Source: an uncultured delta proteobacterium (GTDB lineage: Bacteria; Desulfobacterota; Binatia; Binatales; Binataceae). Taken from it: 64,000 nt of DNA. The DNA lies in NCBI GenBank assembly GCA_963710425.1, contig CAVQAR010000024.1, positions 85,935-149,934 of the forward strand, written 5' to 3'. The translations under genes were made by a program, and so were the position numbers. Each line of letters starts with the position of its first letter. Position 1 is the first letter of the stretch. Positions 1-9,746 of the stretch are shown one piece after another. The notes beneath the pieces are model-generated. The model made no database searches. It was not told where the DNA came from and saw only the letters and a list, made by a program, of their open reading frames with translations.

Positions 1-2020
1 GACGCGGCTCAACAAGGCGCGCAATTCCTTGTCGCCCGACACCGGCGGCAGCAAATACACCTTCACTCAGCAGGCGATCCAGGAGTTGCCGCAGGGCGCG
101 AATACGTCTCTCAATCAGGTAATACTGCAGGCGCCGGGCGTCGCGCAGGATTCGTACGGACAGCTCCACGTGCGCGGCGATCACGCAAATCTGCAGTATC
201 GCATCAACGGCGTGCAGCTCCCCGAGGGCATCACCGGCTTCGGACAGATACTGAGTCCGCGCTTCGCCCAATCGATCAGCCTGTTGACGGGAGCGCTGCC
301 GGCTGAATACGGCCTGCGAACGGCCGGCGTCATCGATATCAAGACAAAGGATGGATTGCTTGACCCGGTCGCCGATGTCGATTTCTACGGCGGGCAGCGC
401 GGGACGACGCAGCCAAGCTTCGAGTATGGCGGATCGAAGGGAAACTTCAGCTACTTCATGACGGGGCAATACCTCGGCACCGATCGCGGTATCGAGCCGC
501 CGACGTCGGGGCCGACGGCGATTCACGATACGAGCAACCAGGGCTCGTTCTTCGGATATTTCTCCTACTTTCTTAATCCGACAATGCGGCTGAGCCTGAT
601 TACGGGATCCGCGATCAATCACTTCCAGATTCCCGCGAACCCCGATCAGCCGCAGGTTTTCGCGCTGGCGGGCGTACCGAGCTATCCATCGGCAAAAATC
701 CGCGATAACCAGTTCGAGCAGAACTACTTCAACGTGCTGGCGCTGCAGGGGACGGTTGGCGAGAACATCGATTATCAGATCGCGCCGTTCACCCGTTACT
801 CGACGGTCACTTTCAATCCTGACCACGTCGGCGACTTGATCTATAACGGCGCCGCGTCGAAGGTTTTTCGCAGCGACTGGGGCAGCGGTTTTCAGATCGA
901 CACTGCCTATCACGGGATCGCCAATCATACGTTTCGGCTGGGCGGGTATTTCGACGCTGAGCGCGCCGAGATCGACAATCATGAGGCGACATTCCCTATT
1001 GTGGGCGGCGTGCCTCTAACCACGCCCGTCTCGTTCGTTGATGACATCGGGCTGCAGACCTGGATTTACAGCGGCTATATCCAGGACGAATGGAAGCTGA
1101 CGGAAAAGCTGACCTTTAACTACGGCGTCCGCTTCGACCTATATGACGGACTGGTGCGAGCGGATCAGGCGAGTCCCCGTGCAGCGTTCGAATACAAGCT
1201 GTTCAAGGGAACGACGCTGCATGCGGGCTATTCGCGCCAGATGACGCCGCCCGAGACCGAACTGGTGCAGGTCGGCAATATCAAGCAGCTCAAAAACACC
1301 ACCGGCGCACCTCCTTCCAACGGCAACGGCACTCCGACCGTCGAGCGCGACCATCTGTTTGACGCCGGCGTGACGCAGGAGGTGATCCCCGGACTCAATA
1401 TTGGAATCGATTCCTACTACAAGAAGGCAGTCGACCTCATCGACGAGGGACAATTCGGGCCGGCGCTCATTTTCGAAACATTCAACTACGCCAAGGGCCG
1501 GGTTTACGGGGTCGAATTTACCGGTTCGTACACCCACGAGAACATTTACGCGCTACGAGAACTTCGCTTGGAGCGTGGCGCAGGGTACGCAGGTGGAATC
1601 CGGGCAATTCAACTTCGCGCCGAACGAACTGGCGTACATCCAGCAGTCACTATATCTTCCTCGATCACGATCAGACCTTCACCAACTCCGCCGGGGTCGT
1701 TTACAACTGGCGCAAATGGATGTTCAGCATCGACGGAATATATGGCAGCGGGCTCAGGAGCGGCTTCGTCAACACCGGAAACCTGCCATTCTATATCCAG
1801 GTCGATGCAGGCATCACGCGGCGAGTGCCATTGCCTAATAACCGGGGCACGCTCGAATTTCGCGGCGCGATCGTCGAATCTGGCGGACCACACTTACCTG
1901 GTTCGAAACGGCACCGGGGTCGGCGTGTTTGCCAATCAATTCGGACCGCGCAGAGCAATTTATGGCGGCATAAAATGGGAATTGCCCTTCACCAAGCCCG
2001 CCAGCGCGGTGGCGCCGTGA
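1..2020 (+). CDS. TonB-dependent outer-membrane receptor, 5'-partial (open from nt 2, continues left of window); barrel region broken by three frame changes
   Basis: Plug-domain sequence LHVRGDHANLQYRINGVQLP. Terminal GGIKWELPF (aromatic C-terminus typical of TBDR barrels). Conserved barrel sequence moves between frames near 1552, 1650 and 1876. Confidence 0.85.
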   Translation, partial: TRLNKARNSLSPDTGGSKYTFTQQAIQELPQGANTSLNQVILQAPGVAQDSYGQLHVRGDHANLQYRINGVQLPEGITGFGQILSPRFAQSISLLTGALPAEYGLRTAGVIDIKTKDGLLDPVADVDFYGGQRGTTQPSFEYGGSKGNFSYFMTGQYLGTDRGIEPPTSGPTAIHDTSNQGSFFGYFSYFLNPTMRLSLITGSAINHFQIPANPDQPQVFALAGVPSYPSAKIRDNQFEQNYFNVLALQGTVGENIDYQIAPFTRYSTVTFNPDHVGDLIYNGAASKVFRSDWGSGFQIDTAYHGIANHTFRLGGYFDAERAEIDNHEATFPIVGGVPLTTPVSFVDDIGLQTWIYSGYIQDEWKLTEKLTFNYGVRFDLYDGLVRADQASPRAAFEYKLFKGTTLHAGYSRQMTPPETELVQVGNIKQLKNTTGAPPSNGNGTPTVERDHLFDAGVTQEVIPGLNIGIDSYYKKAVDLIDEGQFGPALIFETFNYAKGRVYGVEFTGSYTHENIYALRELRLERGAGYAGGIRAIQLRAERTGVHPAVTISSSITIRPSPTPPGSFTTGANGCSASTEYMAAGSGAASSTPETCHSISRSMQASRGECHCLITGARSNFAARSSNLADHTYLVRNGTGVGVFANQFGPRRAIYGGIKWELPFTKPASAVAP

Positions 2021-2066
2021 AACCCAGCTCGAGCGCCGGGCGTCAGATAGTAAGGAGAACTGATAG

Positions 2067-2738
2067 ATGCAGGAAATATTTGTAGCGTGGAACGCCATCA
2101 AGTTCGGCGGCGCGATGGTCTATCCGCTGCTGGCGCTCGGCGTCCTCGCAATCGCGATAATCATCGACCGCAGTGTCCTCTACGCACGATGCCTGCGGAT
2201 GCCGGCGTCGATCGCCGACTTGGTCGATACCTTCGGATTTTCGTGGGTGGAGCTCGAAAGGCGGTTGAAGGAACTCGGCCCGCGCAACGCATACGGACGC
2301 TTCCTCCAGGTGATCGCAGACAATCGCCATCAGCCCGCGTGGTGGGTCGAATCGAGAGCGGGCGACGAAGCCGGCCGCATCGAAAAAACGCTCGCGCGCG
2401 GACTGTGGGTGCTCGAGACGGTCGTGACCGCGGCGCCGCTGCTCGGACTGCTCGGTACTATCACCGGCATGATGCAGTCCTTCAACGTGATCGGCGCGTC
2501 AACCCTGGTCGCGCCGACGCAGGTGACGGCGGGCGTCGCGCAGGCGCTGATTGCGACCGCGCTCGGACTGCTGATCGCGGTGCTCTCGCTGTTCGCGTTC
2601 AACCTGTTCTCGCGGATGCAATCGCAGGCGCTCGACACGATGGAGCGGCTGGGTTCGCGGCTGGTCGATCATATTCGGCTCGACCAGGAAGGCGGCGAAG
2701 CGGCGCCAATTCCACGACCGGCGGCAGTCGCGCGATGA
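2067..2738 (+). CDS. exbB: MotA/TolQ/ExbB proton-channel protein
   Basis: 223 aa with three hydrophobic helices. GLLGTITGMMQSF signature. Sits directly after the TBDR and before exbD/tonB. Confidence 0.9.
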   Translation: MQEIFVAWNAIKFGGAMVYPLLALGVLAIAIIIDRSVLYARCLRMPASIADLVDTFGFSWVELERRLKELGPRNAYGRFLQVIADNRHQPAWWVESRAGDEAGRIEKTLARGLWVLETVVTAAPLLGLLGTITGMMQSFNVIGASTLVAPTQVTAGVAQALIATALGLLIAVLSLFAFNLFSRMQSQALDTMERLGSRLVDHIRLDQEGGEAAPIPRPAAVAR

Positions 2739-2790
2739 AGATTCAGACGAGGCTCGCCATTTTCGTCACGGGCGAATCGAGATCATCCCG

Positions 2791-3135
2791 ATGATCGACG
2801 TGATGTTCTTCTTGCTGGTGACGTTCATGCTCGCGTCGCTGTCGATGCAGAGTCTCAACTCGATCGCGGTCAACCTGCCCAAGGGCAACGCCGAATCGAT
2901 GGAGCATCAGGAGCCGATCACGTTGACCGTCACGCACGACAGCAAAATTTTCATCGACAAGACGCCGACCACGCTCGATCAACTGGCGTTCGTGCTCAAG
3001 CCGATGCTCAAGACCAACGACCTCGGCGTGGTGGTGAACGCGGATACTGACGCGCCCGAGGGAACGGTGGTCGAGGCGATGATCGAGGCGCGGCGCGCGG
3101 GCGTCGAGCACTTTATGATTGCCGTGAAGCATTAG
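2791..3135 (+). CDS. exbD: ExbD/TolR biopolymer transport protein (N-terminus possibly frame-disrupted)
   Basis: MIDVMFFLLVTFML TM helix plus periplasmic domain. An ATG at 2735 that overlaps the exbB stop (MKIQTR...) is in a different frame, so the cytoplasmic tail may be lost to an indel near 2755. Confidence 0.8.
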   Translation: MIDVMFFLLVTFMLASLSMQSLNSIAVNLPKGNAESMEHQEPITLTVTHDSKIFIDKTPTTLDQLAFVLKPMLKTNDLGVVVNADTDAPEGTVVEAMIEARRAGVEHFMIAVKH

Positions 3136-3137
3136 CA

Positions 3138-3923
3138 GTGGCCGGTGCAGCTCAAATAGCGATGCGACCGCCGGAGCTCGACGAGCCGGCGCGGCGCCTG
3201 CTGTGGATCATCCCGCTGTCGATCGCGATTTGGGCGATTATGCTGAGCGGATTTTCGCTCATCCTGATGCGGACGAAGGCGCCGCCCGCGGAGTTGCAGC
3301 CGATCGAGGCGCGGCTGATCGACATACCGAAGGCAGTAGGCGGGCTGCAGGGCAACGGCGGCGCGATTCATCCGGCGGCGCCGGCGATTCCCAAAGGCCA
3401 AGCCGATCGTCAAACCGCATCCGGTTGCTCACGTGAAGAAGGTCGCGCCGCTGCCGCCGGTGATTCGATCACCCTACGGCACCGAGAAAGCCACCGAGGC
3501 CCCGGGCGTCGAGGAAAAACCGGGCGCGAGTGCGGGAAGCGCTACGGAAAGCGGTGCGAGCGGCGGTTCGGAAGCGGCGAAGGATCGGGCGGTGGCGGCG
3601 GAATCGGCACCGATACGGTCGGCGCGCGGGCAATCTACGCGCCGACCCCGGTGATACCCGACGACCTGCGCGAGGACGTGATGCAGACCGAGGCAGTCGC
3701 GCATTTCAACGTGTCGTTCGACGGCACCAGCGAAGTGACGCTGGCAAAACCAACTTCAAGCCCGCGCCTGAACCAGGTCCTGCTAGACGCACTCAAGCAG
3801 TGGAAGTTTTTCCCGGCAGTAAAAAATGGCGTCGCAATCGCATCATCTGATCGTCCATTCGACAGTAGATTCCGACATTCCGATTTCCTGTCGCTCAATA
3901 TTCCCACGCAGTGCCATCTTTGA
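3138..3923 (+). CDS. tonB: TonB-family energy transducer (linker readable only after two frame changes)
   Basis: N-terminal anchor LLWIIPLSIAIWAIMLSGF. C-terminal TonB_C-like AIYAPTPVIPDDLRED...LKQWKFFPAVKNG. The Pro/Lys-rich linker KAKPIVKPHPVAHVKKVAPLPPV is in frame +1 between about 3395 and 3585. Confidence 0.8.
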   Translation: MAGAAQIAMRPPELDEPARRLLWIIPLSIAIWAIMLSGFSLILMRTKAPPAELQPIEARLIDIPKAVGGLQGNGGAIHPAAPAIPKGQADRQTASGCSREEGRAAAAGDSITLRHRESHRGPGRRGKTGRECGKRYGKRCERRFGSGEGSGGGGGIGTDTVGARAIYAPTPVIPDDLREDVMQTEAVAHFNVSFDGTSEVTLAKPTSSPRLNQVLLDALKQWKFFPAVKNGVAIASSDRPFDSRFRHSDFLSLNIPTQCHL

Positions 3924-4003
3924 CCCTCAGAAGGAGCGCTGCGCGATTTCAGAAACCGGAACCGGCTTCGCGTGCGCGAAGCTGTCCGAGGCCCGTTCCT
4001 CCC

Positions 4004-4178
4004 CTCGCGTTGCTCAGGTCGTCAGGGTGACACAAAGACGCGGAGTCCGAGATCGTTCATCCGCTCGCGATGCTCGCTTCGTCAGGCTGACAGAAATCGC
4101 TCGCTCTCCTAAGACACAAGGGGCTCGCCAAGCTCGCCCTCAGTATAAGCTCGCGTTTGCTCGCTTCGTCTCAGTGGC
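4004..4178. repeat. Three degenerate copies of a ~29-nt GC-rich intergenic repeat (ctcgcg-N-tgctc-N-gtcagg-c/g-tgaca)
   Basis: Copies at 4004-4032, 4064-4092 and 4150-4178, read directly. They lie between the convergent tonB and M20 genes. Confidence 0.6.
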
Positions 4179-4199
4179 GCGGGCCGCCGTGCCCGCGAT

Positions 4200-5386
4200 T
4201 CAGGACGACAAGAGGCGATCGACGACTTTGTGAATCATCGCGGGACCTCTCTCGAACGCGTCGCGGCGGACATACTCGTTGGGCTGATGCGCCTGCTCGA
4301 GATCGCCCGGGCCGCAGATTAGCGACGTGATGCCCGAGCCGGTGAACCATCCGCCGTCGGTCGCATACAGCGCGCCGCCGGCAGTTTTCGCGCCGGTGAC
4401 TTCGAACAGACGCCGCTTCCAGAGCCGTTCCGCGCGGCTGAGTCGAGCGGGGGCACGACGTTCAGCAGCTTGGTTTCGATCTTCGCGCGATGTTCGCGGC
4501 CCGCGTAGTCGTGATCGTCGAGCGCAGTCAGCCGGCGCTGGATTTCATTGTAAACGTCGAGCGGATCGGCGTCGGGCAGCGTGCGGTAGCTGACGCGCAA
4601 CGTGCATTCCTCTGCGATCATGTTGAGCGCGATTCCGCCGTGCACCGTTCCGAAATTCAGCACGTCATGCGGTGCGTCGGGAAAAATCTCCGCATATTTG
4701 GCAGGCCGCCGCGCCGCCAGCTCCTGCTGATAGCGGCCGATCGTGTCGATGACGCGAGCCCATCACGGCGATCGCATTGACGCCGCGGGCCGGTGCGCCG
4801 CTATGGCCGCCGATGCCGCGCACGGTCACGCCGAACGACACGATGCTCTTGTGCGCGCGAGACACTTCCCACGACGTCGGCTCGCCAATCCACGCCAACC
4901 GCGGCACCGGCGTTTCGCCGAGGATTTGCTTGAGCGCGGGCGCGACGCTTTGCGCGCCGAGGCATCCGACTTCCTCGCTCGCAGTGAAGACGAACACCAG
5001 CGGCCGTTGAGCCGCGATGAATCGAGCGTCCGCGACGCGTCGAGGCATTGCGCGATGAAGCCTTTCATGTCGGTGGTGCCGCGGCCGTAAATTTTTTCGC
5101 CCGCGAGTTCGAGCTTGAGCGGCTCGCGCTCCCATCCGGGCTGTCCGTCGAACGGGACGACATCCACATGTCCCGAAATTATCAGGCCGTCGGCGCGCGG
5201 CGGACCGATCCATGCGACCAGGTTGGCCTGCGACACTCCGAACAGCTCGATCGGCTGAATCGCGGTTTTGAATCCTCGCGGCGCGAGCTCGCCTGCGATG
5301 TATTCCATCGCGTCGCGATCGCTTTTCGCGCTGACCGTGTCGAACGCGACCAGCCTGCGCGCGACCTCGTACAAGTAGTCGTTCAT
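4200..5386 (-). CDS. M20-family metallopeptidase (ArgE/DapE-like deacylase), broken by about three frame changes
   Basis: N-terminus has ISGHVDVVPFD...GRGTTDMKGF. Middle has PLVFVFTASEEVGCLGA...VRGIGGHSGAP. C-terminus has NFGTVHGG...ATDGGWF...CGPGDLEQAHQPNEYV. These segments lie in alternating frames (shifts near 5040, 4755 and 4435). Stop at 4200-4202. Confidence 0.8.
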
Positions 5387-5646
5387 AGCGTCACCTGAAA
5401 GCGTGAATGCGGTCAGGAGAATCGCACAATCGGCGTGTCGATAACAAATCGCAGTCTTATAACATCGCGGAAATACTCATGTATTGGCCATGTCCAGCTA
5501 GGATAGGCAACAGGACGCGCGGGCGGCTAGAATGCTTGGGTCGGGAGGAGGGGCTGGATGGAGTTCGATGAGCAGATGGGCAATCAACCGGATAGTCACG
5601 CAATAATTGCCGCGACGACGATCGCGGATGCGCCGGCGCTTCAACA

Positions 5647-7856
5647 ATGGAGCGTGCCGACTCGATCGCGACGTCGGTCATTGACGGATCGGTCACCGCG
5701 GTCGAGAAGACGCCGCCGCCGCATATCGATAAGGACCTCACCTCGCCTGACCTGTTCCTCAATCGCGAGCTGACCTGGCTCGCGTTCAATCGGCGCGTTC
5801 TGCATGAGGCGGAGGACGAGCGCAATCCGCTGCTCGAGCGGCTCAAGTTCCTGGCGATTACGGCGTCCAACCTCGACGAGTTTTTCATGAAGCGCATCGG
5901 CGGCCTGAAGCAGCAGGTCGTCGCGGGGATGCATGAGCTGACGGTCGATGGACGCACGCCGCAACAACAGATCAATGAATGCTACACGGTGGTGCGCGAG
6001 ATCGAGCAGCGGCAGCGCGAGGTCGGTCCGCATATTCTGCGCGAGCTCGAGAACCACGGCATTCGCGTGCGGCTCTACGCCAGCCTTTCGGACGACGAGT
6101 GCAAGTCGGTTCGCGACTACTACTACAAGAATATTTTTCCGCTGGTGACGCCGCAGGCGATGGATCCGGCGCATCCGTTTCCGTTCGTGTCGAACCTGTC
6201 GCTCAATTTGCTGGTCACGGCGCGCTATCAGAACGATTCGGATCCGCTGATGGCGCGGGTGAAAGTGCCGGTCGGCTTCGGAATCCCGCGCTTCCTGCGA
6301 GTCGGCAAGCAAAATGATTTCGTGCGGCTCGAGGACGTCGTCGCGAACAATCTCGATCTGTTGTTTCCCGGGATGCTGATCGACTCGTACGAGCTTTTCC
6401 GCGTGACCCGCAACGCCAACACCGAGCGCGACGAGGACGAGGCCGACGACTTGCTCGCGCTGATCGAATCCGAGCTGCGCGACCGCCGTTTTGCGCCAAT
6501 CGTGCGGCTCGAAGTGCTCACCGGCATCAATCCGGTTCATCGCGGGATGCTCGCGGCCGAACTCGGGCTGGACGAACGCTCCGACGTGTTCGAAGTCGAT
6601 GGGATGCTCTCGATGCGCGACCTGGGCGAGCTGGCGTCGATCGACGAGCCCGCGCTGCACGATCCGCCGCATCATCCGGTGGACCATCCGCGCCTGACCG
6701 TTGGCCGCAGTATCTTCCACGTCATTCGCGATGCGGGTTCGTTCCTGCTGCTGCATCCGTACGAATCGTTCTCGACTTCGGTCGAGCGGTTCTTGCGCGA
6801 AGCTGCCGAGGACCCGAAGGTCCGCGCGATCAAGATGACGCTGTATCGCACTTCGCCCGACTCGAAGATCATCGGCTACCTTTGCGACGCCGCGCGCAAC
6901 GGCAAGCAGGTCGCCGTGGTGGTCGAGCTGAAGGCGCGCTTCGACGAGGCGGCGAATATCCAGTTCGCGACCGGCTCGAGGAATTCGGGATTCACGTGAC
7001 CTACGGCGTGGTCGGCCTTAAGACTCACAGCAAGGTGATCCTGGTTATTCGGCAGGACTACAACGGGCTGCGCCGTTACGCGCATATCGGGACCGGCAAC
7101 TATCATCCGGTGACCGCGCGATTCTACGCTGACTACGGGCTGCTGACTTGCGACGGCACTATCGGCGAAGACCTGACCGAGCTGTTCAACTACCTGACGA
7201 CCGGCTACATGCCGAATCGTCCGTATCGCAAAATCCTTCCCGCGCCGACTGTGCTCAAGCGCGCGCTGCTGGCGCGAATCGAGCGCGAAATCAAAGTGCA
7301 CTCGGCTGCGTCGCCGGGGCTGATTCAGTTCAAGATGAACGCGCTCGAGGACGTGGACATCACGCGGGCGCTATATCGCGCGTCGCAGGCGGGCGTGAAG
7401 GTCGATCTGATCGTGCGCGACACTTGCCGGCTGCGTCCGGGAATCCAGGGGCTCTCGGAAAGCGTGCGCATCGTTAGCATCGTCGGTCGATTCCTCGAGC
7501 ACGGGCGCGTTTACTATTTCCGCAACGGCGGCGCGGAGGAGTTTTTCATCGGCTCCGCCGATTGCATGAAGCGCAATCTCGAAAGCCGGGTCGAGGTCGT
7601 CGCGCCGGTCGAGGATCCTCAACTGCGCAAGGAATTGCGCGCCGTGCTCGACATCCAGTTGCGCCCGAATCGATGTCAGTGGGAAATGCAGCCCGACGGC
7701 ACTTACATCAAGACTGCAGCCGCAGACGCCGCGCCGGCTTGCCAGCAGGCAATGATCGATTTCGCCGAGAGGCGGCAGACCGAAGCGACCAAGGTCAAGC
7801 GGCGCCGCTCCAAAGGCTTCGCCCGCCGCGCCGTCCGCGAAAGAAACGACGAATAG
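5647..7856 (+). CDS. ppk: Polyphosphate kinase 1, one frame change near 6970
   Basis: LFLNRELTWLAFNRRVLHEAEDERNPLLERLKFLAITASNLDEFFMKR at the N-terminus. C-terminal half has GLKTHSKVILVIR...HIGTGNYH. The two halves are ORFs 5647..6999 and 6882..7856 in different frames. Confidence 0.9.
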
Positions 7857-7862
7857 CGGCGA

Positions 7863-8225
7863 CTATTCGCCCGGACGCGGCGGAATCGCGACGTAGTTGC
7901 CGGGATTCGCCGCCATCGACTCGCGAACCTCCGGATGCGCCGAGAAGAACGCACCGAGCTGCGGATGCTTCTTCGCGTAGCCGTCGTCATTGATCAGCGC
8001 GGGATTGTGCGCAAGCTCGCTCGCGACCTTCGGATGCCCGCTCGCGAAGTCATTCCAGGTCTTGAGCTTCTCCGTGTCGATACCCCGATTGCCGGCCGCC
8101 TTGAACACGGTCGTCGTGTTTCCATTCACGACAGTGCCCAGAGTATTTCCTGATTGCGCCATCGATGGAACGGCAAAAGCGACGGGAAGCGCGACTGCGA
8201 TCAACAGAGTCGATATACGGTTCAT
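7863..8225 (-). CDS. Small secreted protein of unknown function, paralog A
   Basis: 120 aa. Signal peptide MNRISTLLIAVALPVAFAVPSMAQ. About 60% identical to the neighbouring ORF. Repeated HPxxxxxL/NP motifs. Ends AIPPRPGE. Confidence 0.7.
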   Translation of the reverse strand: MNRISTLLIAVALPVAFAVPSMAQSGNTLGTVVNGNTTTVFKAAGNRGIDTEKLKTWNDFASGHPKVASELAHNPALINDDGYAKKHPQLGAFFSAHPEVRESMAANPGNYVAIPPRPGE

Positions 8226-8355
8226 GCGTTCAGCATAGTGCGTCTTGATCTGAAATGCAAAAGTTCCAGGCGTGCCGTCAGGAACACAATCTGCTGACTC
8301 TATGGCGCGAGGGTGGGCGGCGCGGGGCGAAGCCGTCCAAGATAAGTGAGTGCGA

Positions 8356-8718
8356 CTATTCGCCCGGACGCGGCGGAATCGCCACGAAATTTCCCGGATC
8401 CTCGGCCATCGCCTCGCGAATATCCGGATGCGCCGAGAAGAATTGGGCCAGTTCCGGATGCTTCTGCGTGTAGCTGTCGTTGTTGATTAGCGACGGCTTG
8501 TACGCAAGCGCACGCGCGACATCCGGATGCTCGCTCGCGAAACTGCTCCAGGTCTGGAGCTTTTGCATATCAATGTCGCTTGTGTCCGCAGCCTTGAATA
8601 CGACCGTCGTATTTCCATTGACGACAGTGCCCAGCGTCCTTCCGTCTTGCGCGAACGACGAAGCGGCGAATGCGACTGGAACCACGGCTGCGATCAAAAG
8701 AGTTGATATCCGTTTCAT
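8356..8718 (-). CDS. Small secreted protein of unknown function, paralog B
   Basis: Signal peptide MKRISTLLIAAVVPVAFAASSFAQ. Ends AIPPRPGE like paralog A. ATG at 8718 is preferred over GTG at 8727 (GGTGAG-type RBS upstream). Confidence 0.7.
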   Translation of the reverse strand: MKRISTLLIAAVVPVAFAASSFAQDGRTLGTVVNGNTTVVFKAADTSDIDMQKLQTWSSFASEHPDVARALAYKPSLINNDSYTQKHPELAQFFSAHPDIREAMAEDPGNFVAIPPRPGE

Positions 8719-8867
8719 AAGTCTCACCTCTCTCTCTCCCGTCTGGCGGGATTATTTGCAACCCTACGTACTTACAAGGAGAGCAACTCTTGTACCGGGA
8801 ATATTTTTCTCACAAGCCTTGCAAGTACACGCCCATAATTCCGAGGTGAGAAGGAATTAATTACAAA

Positions 8868-9560
8868 CTATTTGGTGGCCGCGTTCGGTTTCGCCCGAAC
8901 TTCGCTGACAGTCGCGCCGGCGCTCTTCGAGTAATTCAGTTTCGACGGAGCGGCAGCGCCACCCGACATGATAAAAGTCATCGCTTCGTTGATCGTCCAA
9001 TCGAGCATGATGAGGCGGCTGGTCGGCACCAATTCCATGTAACCCGAAGTCGGATTCGGCGTGGTCGGGACGTAAACCGCGGCGATTTCCTCACCGCTGT
9101 CGGCGTCGTTGAAAATCCTGGTCACGAGACCGACAGTCTTCATACCCGGCGAAGGAAACTCGATCAAAACCACGCGCTGCGAGCTACCGGGCTTGGTCTG
9201 AAAGCTGTCGACGAGTTGGCGCGCGGCGCCGTAGATGGATTGCACGACCGGAATTCGCGCCATCAGGTAGTCGAACGCGCCGAGCAAGCGCCGGCCCGCG
9301 ACGGCGGTCGCGATTTCGCCAAGGACGTACAGCGCCGCCAGCACAATCGCGACCGAAATCGTCCCTTGAAACCACGGCGCAGAAAATCCTTCCGCGAGCG
9401 TCGGCGAATGAATCCCAAGCCACGATACGCAAACCCTGACGAACGGACTGCCAAGTGCAACCAGCAGCCCGACCAGAAAACTGATCACCCAGACGGTCAC
9501 GAGGACGGGAATCGCCGTCAGAATTCCCGCTATGAGGTTGCGACGGATCTTTGCGAGCAT
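8868..9560 (-). CDS. DUF502-family integral membrane protein
   Basis: 230 aa with two N-terminal TM helices. ARIPVVQSIYGAARQLVDSF and the downstream G..TRI...VYVPTTPNPTSG pattern are typical of DUF502. Confidence 0.7.
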   Translation of the reverse strand: MLAKIRRNLIAGILTAIPVLVTVWVISFLVGLLVALGSPFVRVCVSWLGIHSPTLAEGFSAPWFQGTISVAIVLAALYVLGEIATAVAGRRLLGAFDYLMARIPVVQSIYGAARQLVDSFQTKPGSSQRVVLIEFPSPGMKTVGLVTRIFNDADSGEEIAAVYVPTTPNPTSGYMELVPTSRLIMLDWTINEAMTFIMSGGAAAPSKLNYSKSAGATVSEVRAKPNAATK

Positions 9561-9746
9561 CGCCCCGCTTATCCTCCCGCACTCGCGACTTCAGTCGTGC
9601 GCCGGCGCAGCGCAATCGCGGCGAACACCACGCCGACGATCAGAAGGCGCTGCAACAGTACCGATTCGATTCTGCTCGATCCATGAACCCGGCGTGATCG
9701 ATGATTTAGTATCGATCGCGATAGCGCAAGTAGAACCCGAAACCGT

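Noticed and set aside
5641-6756. Long antisense ORFs opposite well-supported genes. Examples: 5641..6756(-) opposite ppk1, 21753..22979(+) opposite hpaB, 25625..26842(+) opposite recQ, 28544..29599(+) opposite the ACAD, 37667..38476(-) opposite the CoA-transferase, 57375..58322(-)
   Set aside because: The translations are Arg/His/Asp-rich with no recognisable motifs, while the opposite strand carries strong family signatures. This is typical of high-GC DNA.
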